NCBI GenBank assembly: GCA_012026655.1
Contig: JAAILG010000242.1
Coordinates: 1 to 64,000 of the forward strand
Source: Hydrolagus affinis
Taxonomy: Eukaryota
DNA length: 64,000 nt
Direction of reading: 5' to 3'
Made by a program: the position numbers and the translations under genes. The notes under the pieces were generated by a model. It did not search any database. It saw nothing but the letters and a program-made list of their open reading frames with translations, and had not been told where the DNA came from. Shown here one piece after another: positions 38,140 through 51,676 of this stretch. Within the stretch, counting starts at the first letter, position 1. Every line of letters begins with the position of its first letter.

Positions 38140-38358
38140 CATTACATGTATAATGTCTTTCACATCGGGAGGACATCGGAGGCGCTGGACAGTCAGAGAG
38201 CAAGAGGAGGGGGTTGGGGTAAGGGAGGGTGGAGAGTAGGGAGGGTAGGATGGTAGCTGAAGTCATCGTTGAAGAGGAGGATCTTGATAGGGAACCAATG
38301 GAGCTGGGTGAGAGTGGGAGTGATGGAGTCATGGAGCTTGGTGTGGGAGAGGACACAA
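38140..38358 (-). mobile_element. Internally deleted L2 type A 3' end
   Basis: TTTCACATCGGGAGGACATC..AGGCGCTGGACAGTCAG and purine-rich body. Confidence 0.7.
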
Positions 38359-39249
38359 AAGAAGATACTTAGATGAATTTGGATTACAACATAGTGTGGT
38401 TGCAGAGTGGGGAAGTTTTATAAATGATTGTGTGCTTGGAAAATACCATATAGTGATCAGCATGTAATAAACCGTAAGATTTTTCACAAGCATTTCAATG
38501 CATGCTTTAAAAGTGAATTTCCAGCAGCCAGTTATAGAGGGTCCAATTCTTTTGGCCTACACATGTTGTGCATATCTTTGGTATCTGACATCTTTACAGT
38601 CTGCATGAAGCCTAATAAAGAATACATTATTCCTTTAGTAAGAATAAAACAGGAACCAGAAAGCTGTTGCTTATTTTACACTTTAATATCCTGCATTTCT
38701 GTTGCCGATGCAATTTTCACTCAATCCCATGAGATGTTACAGAAACAGAAATGTGTGATTTGGAGGTATACCTAGATCTTTATCCTCACACTAGGGAAAT
38801 CCAACTTTCACGCATTCACTCTGAATTTGACAGACTGGAGCTGACTTGCATTCTCAGGAGTCATGGAAACCTAGTTAGTCCATTAATGCTTTCTTTTCAG
38901 AAGATGAACAGTACATGTTTTTTCAAGACACGCTTCACCAGTTCAATCTTTTCCTTGAACTGTTCTGATTCCTTATGAAAGTTTCATAATTGTTATCCTG
39001 CAATGAAAAGCAGTTAATTGTGGAAATTTAATTCTGGTACTTTTATGACAATTTTTAATATACTTTGGTGAGTTTCATGGTGATACAGGATTTACAGTGG
39101 AGGAAGTTAAAAAAGGATGAGAAAACATGTGGACACACATTTTTCTGTTAAGAGGGGAGAGGAGGATATTCACTCATGGCCAAGAATGAGATATGCCTCG
39201 ATCTCTATCCGACACTGGGGAGAAGAAATTCTGACCATATAACATCAGT

Positions 39250-40010
39250 AATAAAAAAGCAAAATGCTGCAGGTGCTGGAAATCTGAAACAAAAACAGCA
39301 ATTGCTGGGAACATTCAGCGGTTTATGCAGCATCGATGGAGAAAGGAAAAGTAAGTCAACGTTTTGGGTCCACGACTGTTTGTCAGAACTGGAAGATGTT
39401 GGGAGGGAGAGGCTTTTAAGGACTAACATGGAGGGAGAGGCAGGGCAAGAAAGACAAAGGAGAAAATGGGCTAGAAGGCAAGAGATAATGGATTCAAGGT
39501 GTTAATATTGTGAAACAAAAGTGGGAGATTGCAACAAAACTGGAGAGAAGTATTAATAACGTTAAACAAAGAGGTGGTGAAATCGCAAAAGAACAGGCAG
39601 ATCAGATGGTCAAGAAGAAGGGGAAGGTGAGCTGTTATGGCCTTAAATTATTGAAATCAATATTAAGGCATAGGAGACCATGGAGGTTAGACTATGAGTG
39701 GGAGAGAGAGTTGAAATAGCAAGAAACAGGTAGTTCAGGGTTATATTTGCAGACAGAATGGAGGTGTAGAGGAGAACCCAATGTAGAGGAGATCGCATCA
39801 TGAGCAGTGAATGCCATATACTACATTGGTGGTAGTGCATGTGAATCGCTGTCTCACATAAAAGTTGCCATTTCAACTCTCCTTCCCACTTGCAGTCTGA
39901 ACCTCTCCATCCATGGGCTAGGTCGTAGACCCGAAATATTGACTCACTTTTCCTTTCTCCATAGATGCTGCCTGACGCGCTGAATGTTCCCAGCAATTGC
40001 TGTTTCTGTC
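39250..40010 (-). mobile_element. Penelope-like element with an inverted pLTR
   Basis: Homologous to 19415-20000. The segment 39291-39377 is repeated in inverted orientation at about 39921-40008. Confidence 0.85.
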
Positions 40011-41494
40011 ATCAGTGATAGATAGTTATCACATTGAAAACCACATTTTCACCCTATGTTGAAATGGCTACTTCATTGTTCCCAAATGCAAGTGCTTCAA
40101 GACTTTACCTGATTTGAAAGGGACAAATCTATTTGCTATACCGTGTATTTCCAGATACTGCTTTACTTTATACTCCAATTACTCAGTTCTACAAAAATCT
40201 CATTCACTTGAACAAAATAAGCACATTCCGTTTGCTAAGCTAAAATCGGATTTTCAGATACTCAGAGGTTGAGACCCAGAAATTTTGCGACAATGTCTAA
40301 AGCTGTCGGAACTGATCAGTTTCTTTGAAAGCAACTTGATAAGTATCTGGCTGGCAATGAGTTTTGAGATTATAGGGAAGTGTATCAGCTTGACTTAGTT
40401 AATACTGTAGCATTGTCATTTCAGGATTAGAAGACTTGAACCATACACCAGGAATTCAGTTTAGAATTTGAGATGACACATTTATATGCAATAACATATA
40501 TATTCCATTTATATAGCATCTATAAGGTCACATCTCAAAGCACTTGACGTTGTTGGCTGAGCAAGGTGGGGGTGGGTGCCAGGGAGAGGCAGGTAGAAGA
40601 AAGATGACAGACAGCGCAGTCAAAGAGATATGTTTTGGCCTTGAAAGAGGTTCTTCGGCATCATCACAAAATCACGGTGGTGCAACAAGATTACTATCAC
40701 TTACCTTGACAAGCTGTAACTTTCAACTGAGAGGTGAACATTGTGAGTTGTGATGTGATAATTGTTACAGACAGTAGTTGAAAACTGCAGCAACCCCCAC
40801 CACCCCACTGCACACATTTAAGCACAATGATTGGATCTGACGCTGCTGATGGCTAGAATTGTTGGCTGGCAGTATATTGATTTGAGACGGATTCTTTTAT
40901 TTGGTTTAACTTGTGCCTGCGGGAATAAGTGTAAAATAGCACACTTTCCGAATGTGTAAGCAGCAATAATTCATTCCAGTTTGTTTAAATATGATATAAA
41001 TTTAAACATAAAAATATCAGTACATTTATGTTCTTGTTTCAAATGAAAAATTTGTTATCTTACGAGGTGAAAATGTAAGTCTTCAAATAGCAATTTTTCC
41101 TTAAAGCAATTTGCTTTTCCGAATATGGTTTGTTTTTTCCTTTACTGTTTTTCCCTTACTCTTTGAATCCATATCTTGGCACGTTAACTACACGCAAAAC
41201 TGGGAAACATTCTGGTGAGCATTATACATACAATCTTTGCAGTGTTGGCAACTTGTGGGATTTCGCATTATAATAGGCTTTATGCATAATCCTCACTGCC
41301 TTTTTATGGGATATCAATGTGCAAAAATTGGCTATTGCGATTACCTAGAAATTACTACACTTTACTGTAGTAAAAATCCAATGATTATTATTATTATCCA
41401 CATAACATTCCAGCAAGGGTGTATTGAAAAATAGTTATTTTGCTCATCACTTGGGTGCACTGGGGCCAATTGTAGTTTTGCTACTACTAACAAT

Positions 41495-41790
41495 TCCTTA
41501 AAAAAAATTGGTCACTTCAATTAGCTGTGACTGTTCGTGGGATACTGCTGTGCGCAATTGGCTGCCGCATTTTGTCCACAAATATATAGTCAATTCACTT
41601 TATAGAATATTCTGTGAATTTCTTTGAGACATCTCGAAGAGTTGATAAGGTACTATATCAAATGCAAGGATTATTATTATTGTTATTACTGACCTGACTG
41701 AGATCCTCGAACTCAGCACAGAGCAAGTGATTGAACCTGGGACCTTTCGATCTACATTGTTCATAGTCACTAATGAATCAACTGAACAAT
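41495..41790. mobile_element. Young SINE 3' half (+) abutting the head of old SINE family X (-)
   Basis: Tail ends at about 41682. Minus strand AGGTCCCAGGTTCAATCACTTGCTCTGTGCTGAGTT. Confidence 0.7.
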
Positions 41791-42884
41791 CAGGGTGGGG
41801 GTTGGGCATGGGGGAGTCCAATTTCCCCCAACTTATATTTATTTGAATGTATTTTAAGTGCTAAAATGCATTAACTGGGCTATGCCCATGAATAGAATTT
41901 TAAAAAGTAATTTCCACTTTTCCATTATTCTTTTTTGAGGGAGAGATTTAATCTTTTATGGTCTTTATCTCCCTTTCCACCTTATTGCACAACACTGCAA
42001 CTCACATATAGAGTAAGACACTTTTACAAGTATAGCATGCCCCTTGTATGCAATGATTCATCAATCAGTGTGCCCCATAGCACAATTACTTTACAAGAGA
42101 TTATCATATCATTGAGAAACACGTTTCTGATTCATAATGTTCAAAATTATAGGATCTTAAAATATCTATAGAGGTTACAGGGGGATGTTTCACAACAAAT
42201 AAACCTTCATAATCACATTTGGCACATATCATATTTTCATTCCTCCTTTGGCGTAAAGCCATATCCTATATCTTAACCTGGCTTCAGGCCAAAGGAGAAA
42301 TGAAAAACTAAATGTGCTACATCTTGTAATTGGTTTATTTACCGCTCCATTGACATGAATGTTCCCGTGAGGAGTGAAATTTCAGGGAGAAATGGGCTCT
42401 GTAAATAAAATGCTGACATATTCTGTTTCACAAGGTTCATGAAGTCCACTGTTCAATCGTAAGGTAGTCCACTGTCAGTATGCTGTCCAAGACATCTTTT
42501 GCGGAAATGTCATGAACAGAAAGAGTCCAAATGCAGAATCTTTTGAGCTTGAGTTTTTTTTAAACTACTATCATCTTTGGAATCCCTTCCCCTAATGGGT
42601 TTCCTTGGCCTAATTACTCTCTTAGTCAGATTGTGATGGAAAGGTTTGACATTATTTAAAAAGCATAGTTGCATATCAGAAAGGCTCCATAAATTACACT
42701 TCCATGATATGCTTTAGTGGCTCATTTACTTGTTCCACTCGACTGGAAACATCCAGTACACTTGCATTTGACTAATTTATATAACATGAGTAGTTTTCCT
42801 AATTTCTCTTTCCTATTCCCTTGGCTCTCACCCTCAGCTCAGGTGCTAAGTCAGGACTACAGAGGTATTCTGGCTTCATAACAA

Positions 42885-43008
42885 TTTGTTGTGAAAGTAC
42901 CTTAGGAAGTCCTCCAGATGTCAACAACAACAACAAAATTACACTTGTATAGTGCCTTTCATGTTCAATTGTGAAAGGTGCTATATAAATATAAGTTTGT
43001 ATTTGTTG
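42885..43008. mobile_element. L2 tail (+) split by an antisense L2 tail
   Basis: ...AGTACCTTAGGAAGTCCTCCAGATGT [CAACAACAAC..TAGTGCCTTTCATGTTCAATT] GTGAAAGGTGCTATATAAAT. Confidence 0.7.
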
Positions 43009-44571
43009 CATTTGAAGTCAGGGGCTGCTTGTTTGCAGAATGTACTACTGAGTAACTACCTCCATTCCACATCTCAGGAGATGCTCTAAATTATTGCAGC
43101 TTTCGTATGAATTGTTTTTCACCCAAACTGCTATGATGTACATTCCATTCACATAAGATGAAATATGATTTGTTATTTATTGTATTTTGCAATTTGTTTC
43201 CTCAATGATGTTTTCTCCATCTTTCTCCCCTGAAGCCGACTACTTTTTTTGTTCCAATTGGGGTGATCTTCCACTCTGGTAATTCAAGAAAAATAGTCTG
43301 TACCATGCTCAAATGACATGTTTGATGAAATTACAAGGTAATGGAGCCCCAACATCACCAACAATTTTTCAATTTGTTCTCAGTCTTGAAGCTCTTTTTT
43401 TGTAGTTCATTTTAAGATTCCAAAACACATGCTGCATTTTAAAATTGTCCAAACTGTATACTCTTGTATAAGAAAAAAGCCAAAGTCTGGACCCGGGTGA
43501 AGTTTGTCCCCTGGTCCCCTAAAATGGCACATCCAGATGCCTTCACCTAATAAGCTATAGACAATCTGTGTTGTTGTTAACATATATAACATTTTAGCTA
43601 TACAATTTTAATGAGCTTTCCAGGCCTAAAACAACTTAAATGAAGTTTCTGTGTTGAGTTGGTAGCTGGAGCTTGTGAACTTGTTCCCTTATTCCCTCCT
43701 CACTCTCCAATAACCAAGACCTGGACCTCCATCACCAGTGTGAGGACATTGGATAATTAAGTGTTGCTGCAGTTATTAAACAGACAGGACAGATTTTTGT
43801 AGGTTCATAGTGGAGAAGCCAGGTAGTCAATATTACTGAGTCTGGAGTTACTTGCAGAGTCAAAAGATTAAACCAAAGGAAGTCAACCTACAGAATTGAC
43901 AATTCTGGTAGCTTCAGACTGAAAGCCTACAGCATGACCAAAGCTATAAATTGAGCTGTAGTTCTTGCTGATGTTCCTCTTTAGTGCTGCGTTTGCACAG
44001 CCTAAAGGGAAGCCTGATTTACATTTCTTACTCCACATCACTTTGCATCAGGGCTGAAAAATCCCTCTGGCTTCACAACAATTCCTATAGTCTTCGGGGT
44101 TACCATTACATAAGCCATTTCTTTCGTTTGACATGAACAACCATTTTTGAACTCTAAGCCTTCCAGGATTGAATGTTTGCTTCTTCCTTGAACAGATTCC
44201 ATTGTTTGTCAGTTAACTACCAACTACTTACCAACAATTCCATCCCTTTAAATTTTTGCTTATTTAATTGCAAGATTTTAGTATGAAGTCCTTCTTTCTC
44301 GCTCTTAAAGCTTCTATGCTGATATATATTTGATGTAAATTTCTTTTTATTTTTCTGTCACTCTGTATTTTGTTTCCTTCCCACTTCTTATTTAGTAATA
44401 CAAAATTTGGAATAATCCCCTGTGAGCAATTAAGATGATATAATATAATAGGTTAACGATTGAAAATGAAGGATGAATGATTTGTCAAACTGATAAATTT
44501 AAGATTCAAGGTGATAGGTTTAATATTGAAGAATATAGATTACTGATATAGATTAAAGATAATAATCAAAC

Positions 44572-44790
44572 TAACCCTTGCATTTGATACAGTGCCTTAC
44601 TAAGTCTTTGAGATGTCTCAAAGTGCTTCACAGAGTACAGTGTAAAGTGAATTGACTGTACATTTTATGGGCAAAACACGGCAGCCAATTGCACAAAACA
44701 GTATCCCACAAAGAGTCATAGATTGAAGTGACCAATTTTTTGGAGGGATTATTATCATGCTTGTGTGGAGTAAGGAAACTTGCTCAAGAT
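44572..44790 (-). mobile_element. Young SINE, 5'-truncated
   Basis: Reverse complement of the family consensus. Confidence 0.8.
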
Positions 44791-45995
44791 TGAATATGTT
44801 AGGTTAACCATTTAAGGGTCAAAAGCCAGATTTAAGGTTCAAGGTGATAGATTTAACACTGATTGGTTTAAAATCATACAATAAAATTGACGTTTTGCAC
44901 CAGGAGAATGCATCACAGACTTTTACCTAACTGGCTGTGTACCTGTGCCTGCGAGGGGTGGGGCAAAGATGACAAAAAGCACGGTCAAAGATGTAAGTAT
45001 TAGCATGGGCTTTAGAAGTGGGTAAGTGAGGGAGAAGAGTCGAAGGGACTCTGAAATGGAATTGTTGAGAGCAGGGGCTGAAAGATAATACATATTATAG
45101 GTCAATTAGTGAAGACTCAAGATGACACGCTTAAGGCAAGATGAAGATTTAAATCATACATTTTAACACATTTACGGGATCTTTATTCTAGTAAGAAGAG
45201 TTTGCTGTATTAATCAGACAAATAATTCCGACACAATGGCTTTTGAGCGGCAATTCCTGAGATCTTTTCCAATTACAGTACTTGAACCTACAACATCTCT
45301 GAGCCAGAGGCAAAAGTATTACTCATTGAGCCAAATACCATTTGCACTTTAGAAACTACTGTGGCTTCCTTGTCACAGAGTTTTATCAAGATGAGTCTAT
45401 AAATTCTCTGTACATGTCAAAATAATTAAAACGTTGAAACAAATCAGAAAAAAGTTTCCCTTCAAGCCTTGTTGGCACATCAATGATACACTTGAAATTC
45501 TCCTGACACTAGTCAAGTCAACAGTACATTTGCTTTGACACAAATCAGTTTTATGTGAATGAGCAGACTTCAGCTAATCAGCTTCTCTCTGCCACCTATC
45601 GTTTTTCTCTCTAGTTTCAACTATTTTAAGAATAGAATATTATTAATGTGTTATTCAGAGTATCCAAAGGAAAATGTGAACATTGGGGAACTGGAGGGGA
45701 CTGGATGAACTTATCGAATACTAGGACTGAAAATGTAGTAGGTCAGAGTGAAGTTTGACTCAAAGCACTATTATGTGTACCCTGCTATTGTCATTTACTG
45801 CTTGGGGAGACTTAGAGGAAACTTCCATTTAAAAAAATAAAGAAAGAGACAGATTTGTTGCTTGGATGCTCCTCTTAATTTAGTTAATTCAGTTGGCCTG
45901 AAGAGAACTGATTTCAACTTATTAATATATTCTACAAAAAAAATCCTGTAACTGTATTCTATTTGAATGTTTTTCCAAAACATCACACTATTATG

Positions 45996-46081
45996 TGGAG
46001 TCCTGTAGCTCAGTGGTTAGAGGACTCGGCTTGCAAACAACAGACCCAAGTTCGATTATCAAATGCAAGAATTATTATTAA
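45996..46081 (+). mobile_element. Mini-SINE: tRNA head fused directly to the terminal tail
   Basis: GGAGTCCTGTAGCTCAGTGG...GTTCGAT|TATCAAATGCAAGAATTATTATT. Confidence 0.75.
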
Positions 46082-46654
46082 TATTACCATGTGAACTCAT
46101 CAAAGGGTTATGTTTATAATAAGTACTCAATTTAAAAATACTGTTTAGATAGCAAAAAAAAATATTTTTCTTGACACACTGGATTAGTGACTTTGACAAT
46201 GCACACTTTTAATGTATGAATTCCATTATACTTGTACCAACATACTTTGAAACCAGGTCAATAAAAAAAAATCTAATTCAGCTGGGGGACATATTATTTA
46301 GGTTCGGCACCATAAGACTTATTTTGAGATGTATCTCAAGCGATGTATCTATTACAATTTTTTTCCACTTGACGGCAACCCATTTATTGCCTTGATTCTT
46401 CATCTAAGTTATTTTCTTTAGCAATGAAATAATGCAGGAGATGTCGAGCACAACTGTCAGGCTAGAATTATTATACAACACTTTGAGAGTGTAAATTCAT
46501 GAATAAACTTACTTATTTGTGGAATTGAATTGAATTTGAGCCAAATAATGGCATCAAATAACATACCAATTTTTGCATTTTTGTTGTTGTTTTGGTTCCA
46601 AGAAGACTGATAGTTGCTTAATGAGAATATAATGTCAGGATTTTGAAATCACTA

Positions 46655-46835
46655 GACTGACACTCCAATGCAGTGCTTGGTAGATGCTGCATTGTTGGAA
46701 GTGCTGCTCTATGAACGAGATGTTAATCTGAGGTCCTGTCTACCGATTCAGATGGACGTTAAAGATTCCTATATTCTGCAGTATATCCTTTGAAAGCGTT
46801 TGAGCCCTGATGTGCTAGATGGTACATCAAATTAA
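46655..46835 (+). mobile_element. Old DeuSINE fragment
   Basis: CTGACACTCCAATGCAGTG...GAGATGTTAATCTGAGGTCCTGTC...GGACGTTAAAGATTCC. Confidence 0.7.
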
Positions 46836-47022
46836 AATATCAAATTGATTATGAAGCTAGTAATCCTATGATTTAGTAACTATAATGACACAATTTCTCA
46901 AACAGTTCCTGATAATTAGTGTCAAACATAGTAACTGTGTATTCATAGGCAAATGTGGCAGTTAATTTGTGCAAAGCCAGGTCCCACAAATCCATAAAAC
47001 TAATGACTAATTTATCAGTATT

Positions 47023-47323
47023 AATAATTATCCTTGCTTTTGATATAACACTTTTCATGTCTTCTAGACGTTCAAAGCGCTTCACAGAATACACTGCAAA
47101 GCGAACTGACTGTGTTTTTGTGGGCAAAATGCAGTGCACAGCGGTGTCTCACAAATAATCATGGATTGAAATGACCAATTTATTATCGTTTTTTTTTGAC
47201 AGATTATTATTAGGCATGTGGAGTAAGGAAACTTGCCCAAGATTTCACCCTGACCTGCTTGGATTCGAATCACAGGTCTCACGCTTGTAAGGCGAGTGCT
47301 CTAACCACTGAGCTACAGGACTC
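47023..47323 (-). mobile_element. Full-length young tRNA SINE
   Basis: Reverse complement with intact A and B boxes. Confidence 0.9.
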
Positions 47324-47569
47324 TACGTCCATGTCACCAGGAGAACCTTCCTTTTCTTTTCCAATAGCATCATAGGATACAATAGTAGGCACTGTGGTGT
47401 CAGGAAAGAAGCAGTTGACAGCGGTCACAGTTGAATGAAACAAGTTGATTTTATTAGTAAGCAATGCCAGCAAATCAGGTAAAATCAGGCGTGTTCAGAG
47501 CACCCACAGCGAAGGATGTCAGTTTGCTTGCATGATTCTCTCTAGAATCTTGGTTCCAAGGCAGACAAA

Positions 47570-47945
47570 AGTCACCTGTTGCCTCCACTCGGCCAGCTCC
47601 AGCGTCCTGTTTATCCATCGTCCCCTCCTCTCCACCATTGGCGGCCATCCTTTCAGCCACTATTCCCCGAAGCTCTGGAACTCTCTCTCTCAATCACTCC
47701 ACCTTGCCCCCCCACCCCCAACCAAAAAAAAAACACTTTCAAATCTTGGCTAAAGGCTTTCTTTTTGATCATCCTTATGGTCCCCTCCATCTCCCCCTGG
47801 ATCAGGGTCAGACTCTCAATCAATCAATCAGTCAAAACTTACATTTATATAGTGCCTTTCGTGTCGAGAGGACGTCCCAAGGCGCTGTACAGTGAAGTAG
47901 GGACAAGAGCAGGCGGTGAGGGGTCAGGTCAGGATGAAGAAAAGT
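47570..47945. mobile_element. Tail-to-tail L2 3' fragments (+ 47570-47815, - 47825-47945)
   Basis: CAGCCACTATTCCCCGAAGCTCTGGAAC (+) and ATAGTGCCTTTCGTGTCGAGAGGACGTCCCAAGGCGCTG (-). Confidence 0.75.
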
Positions 47946-48989
47946 AGGAAAGTGGACAGTGCCACTGTTAAGCACTCCAGGAGAGTGGAGGTCTGAGTAA
48001 TGTCTTACCTTCTCATGATCTTCTTGGAGATAGCATCGTAGTGACAACTCCCATCATAATTGGCTGAAACCAGTATGCAGAAGTTCAATCCCTGCACTAT
48101 CCGCCCCCAAGTTGGCTACATCTGATCCTGCTCCAAGAAGCAAAACCAAGTAAATTGGCATGAGGATAGAGATCCTAGAGCTGTCTACTTGTGCACTAAA
48201 GTACTAAAGCACTCATGATCCCAGCTTGATACTCCATCCTACAAACCAAGCACAATACAATATTTAGCATCATACTGAAGCAGCAGTCTAGAGTTCAGTT
48301 AAATGTACTCAAGGAAGCTATCTCCAGCAATGCAACGGTCTCTCTTATACATTAAAATTACAAATAAAAATCTTCTTATTGCTGATAAAGGAAGATCAGC
48401 CATCTCTTATGCAGCCTCATTGGGTGAGGGGATGTTTCATTTCCCTGGAGGAAGGAAATAATTGATTTTTCCCAATGAACCCAAGAACCGACAGACAACA
48501 AATGAAGATTAATGACCAAAAAGACAAAAATCAGAGCAACCAGCCATAAACTGTACAGTATTAACTGATCAGAGTTAATTACGCATTCGGCAGATCAGAG
48601 CTCTTCCTATTCAAAGTGCAGAAAGAATACTTAAACAGAGAGAGAGCTACTTCAGGATATCTGTGCTGATCAGCAATACATGTAATTGAAAGGATTTTCA
48701 ATAACCAAGGTGCCAGATGGAAGAGCATCATTTAAATAGAAATGTATTGTGTTTTTGAAGAAAACGCCATTTCAATTATGTTCCATAGTATGTGACTACC
48801 TTATAATAATCCTTAGATTTGGTATAGAGCCTTTCATGACAGGAAAGACATTCCAAAATAGTATATACTGTACTGTACTCTAAATTGCAGTGATGGTGTA
48901 TCTTGTGGGCAAAACCTTAGTTATCGGTTTAGTTTGTTTTTCCTTCCATCTTTTCTTAGAAATGACTTATATTAATTATGGTTCAATTG

Positions 48990-49245
48990 ATACTGGATGT
49001 CCTTTAGTATCTCCAAGTGTAACCCATCTTCACATGTGAACTGAAAGAATGAGTATTAGCTGGTTATTTGAGCATGGAAGAATTACAGCCAAACACTTTT
49101 TGACCTTAAATGACATCCACAATATGTAATGCTTAGAAGGTGGAACCCTCCTTGCTTAGTATCTCCACCTCTAAACCTGAGCTTCTGTTACCATATATGA
49201 CACACCTACTACTGCTCTGGCAGAGATCAGCTAACTCACCTCACT
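48990..49245 (-). mobile_element. Old SINE family X
   Basis: GAGATCAGCTAACTCA is antisense to TGAGTTAATTATCTC at about 60160; the 3' part is similar to 37700. Confidence 0.5.
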
Positions 49246-51039
49246 GCTGGTCATTCAAGGGTTTGCTTTGTTATTGATTCCTCTATTAAAGAACTGCTTC
49301 TCCATCAATACAACAACTTGCATTTATACAGCAACCTTCATGCGAGGTAGAGTCCTGGAGCACTCTTGAGATTTACTGTTGATGATCAATACTATCAACA
49401 GTAAATCCCCAAGCTTTTATTATATGCTGTTTTCACTCTCTAAAGTTTCATTAGATCATTACGCATTCACGGCAGATCATTAGATCCACATGAATTAATG
49501 ATGCTGTCAAGCAATAGCAGCATTCTGTGGTGAAATCCAATGAACTTCCTCAGTTACTATTCATCATTAATGATGAATGGAACTAATATGATTTGTTACC
49601 AAGCGTGATTCAATATTATTCATAATTTGATTCAAAAGTAACACATATATTATAATAATAAAAAAGCAATTGCCATCCAAATAAGGAGAAAAAATATTAC
49701 TACATAAGGAATGAATGAGGATCAATTGAAGGGATTTAAGACTCTATTTAAAAAGTAAGCAACATATGAAACATGAAATGGCGAAGAAATTGAATTCCTT
49801 GTTTTTTCCTTATCAGCCAGCAAATGAATTCTGATATTACTTCTACCCTTACTGCAATGTACACCACCACTTTTAGCTGTAAAATATGTACTTCTAATCA
49901 CATATCCATACCATTTCAGTCAAATTATGTTGCGGTTTGTAATTCCACAGATCATGATATTGAGCCACAGATAAGTAGGGCAGCAGCTTCTTTCAACCAA
50001 AAAGTAGCTGATATTGAAAGGGTCAATTTTTTAATGATGTGTTAATTATCACCAGTTTTAATTATCACTCAATTTTCTGCCTCAGTATCACTTCTGTAAA
50101 AGCATGTTACAATACTGTTTCTAGCAAGTCTTCATTCCTCCAGAGAGCATTACCAATTGAACCATACTTTATTTTCAAAAATGAGATTAACCGGTATCTT
50201 AATTTACAAAATTTTGAAGGCCACATTTCAAATTCTCGTCAAAGGCAGTGCACCTCTATGCTTCTCAAAGAAAGTACTTACAGTACAGTATACTGCTTAC
50301 ACTTGCTTTGTATTTGATGGGTAAAGCCCTAAAAACCACTGTTGCATATGGTATCCTTCATGTCACCTTTAGTAAGCATGAAACTATTTTGTGTTTATGT
50401 TTTTTGTCTTTTTCACCCAATATATTTAATTGCTCATATTCTCCTATTTGACTGTCCAAAGCCCCACTAAGGCTATTCACACACTGATCTATTCTGTCTC
50501 TTGGTAACATTGGTTGGAATAACACAGTATAGTGCTGCTTGCATAGTGGTTAAATGATTTTGTCCAATGGAGGAGAGATTAAGTAAACATACAGGTGTTT
50601 TTCCTCCTTAAGATAAGAAACCTATGTTTGTTGAATAAGCTACAAGAATCACAGAAAATATCTTTCATGCACAGCCATGAATTTATAATGGAAAATCTAG
50701 CTCTGCAGTGGATGTTTTGACTTCCAGAAATTGGTTGGGGTACTCGGGGCAATTTAATTATAGAAAGCTTCCAAGCTATCTAATCATTTTCAACAGATGA
50801 TCAATTCACACCAAAATATCTAGTTTATTTTACCAATGTGACTGTAAATTTGAGATTGCAGATGTTGGTCAGGAGATCAGGCCAATTCATGGGTGAAACT
50901 GATAATTTACGCTTCTATGAATCTGCCTTGTGTTCGTGTGAAATGTTCATTGAATAGCAATATGCCTAGGGTTTCGAAAGGTAAAACTCAAGTCTTTTGT
51001 AACACTAGTTAACAGTATAGTACTGTACTATTTTTTGCT

Positions 51040-51320
51040 TTGAAGAAATTTCAAAATCAAGAACAAAGAGTAATATTTTCAAAATAAGGAGACAATCAAA
51101 GGGAATAAGAAGTGCAGGAAAATGTTTTAGTAATGGACACATGGAACAGATTACCAGCAGATGTGGTGAAAGAAGGGGCTATAAAGGTTTTCTTTAAAAG
51201 GAACTAGATAAATACCTAACAAAATACAGTACAAGGATTTAAGATTATTAGATGAAACATGGGAAGTTTTTGGAAAGCAATAGATGGAAGTAAACTTCAA
51301 TGGATCAATGATTTACTCAT
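51040..51320 (+). mobile_element. Old CR1 3' fragment
   Basis: Remnant TWNRLPADVVKEG...FKxELDKYL. Confidence 0.55.
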
Positions 51321-51676
51321 GCCTAAAACTGGCACCATCAAATCAAAACATTATTTTAATTAATCTTTGCATTTGATATAGGGAGAAAAAAAGCCAGCCA
51401 GAGTTCCTACTTCTGATCTCTCGCTACAAGAACAAAAACTTGAATTCATATAATGCCCTTCATATGGGTAGTGTCTTCGAATGCTGAAACAAGGGATCTT
51501 ACCCTTGATGGCGAAAAAACCTACCTCATCTGCACATGCTCTAAAGTAGTCACAAGTCTTAAGTGCATGGGTATGACAGTTGAGTGGAGAGAGGTCAGAC
51601 TCAGTCCCTCTGCAGTCAAGTGACTACTGAAACCCACTGGATATGAGTACTGAGATTTGTATGAGGTACTTTAGAG

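Noticed and set aside
44445-44865. TTCAAGGTGATAG.TTTAA repeated on both sides of a SINE
   Set aside because: Too far from the SINE ends to be a TSD; probably an old local duplication with no further support.
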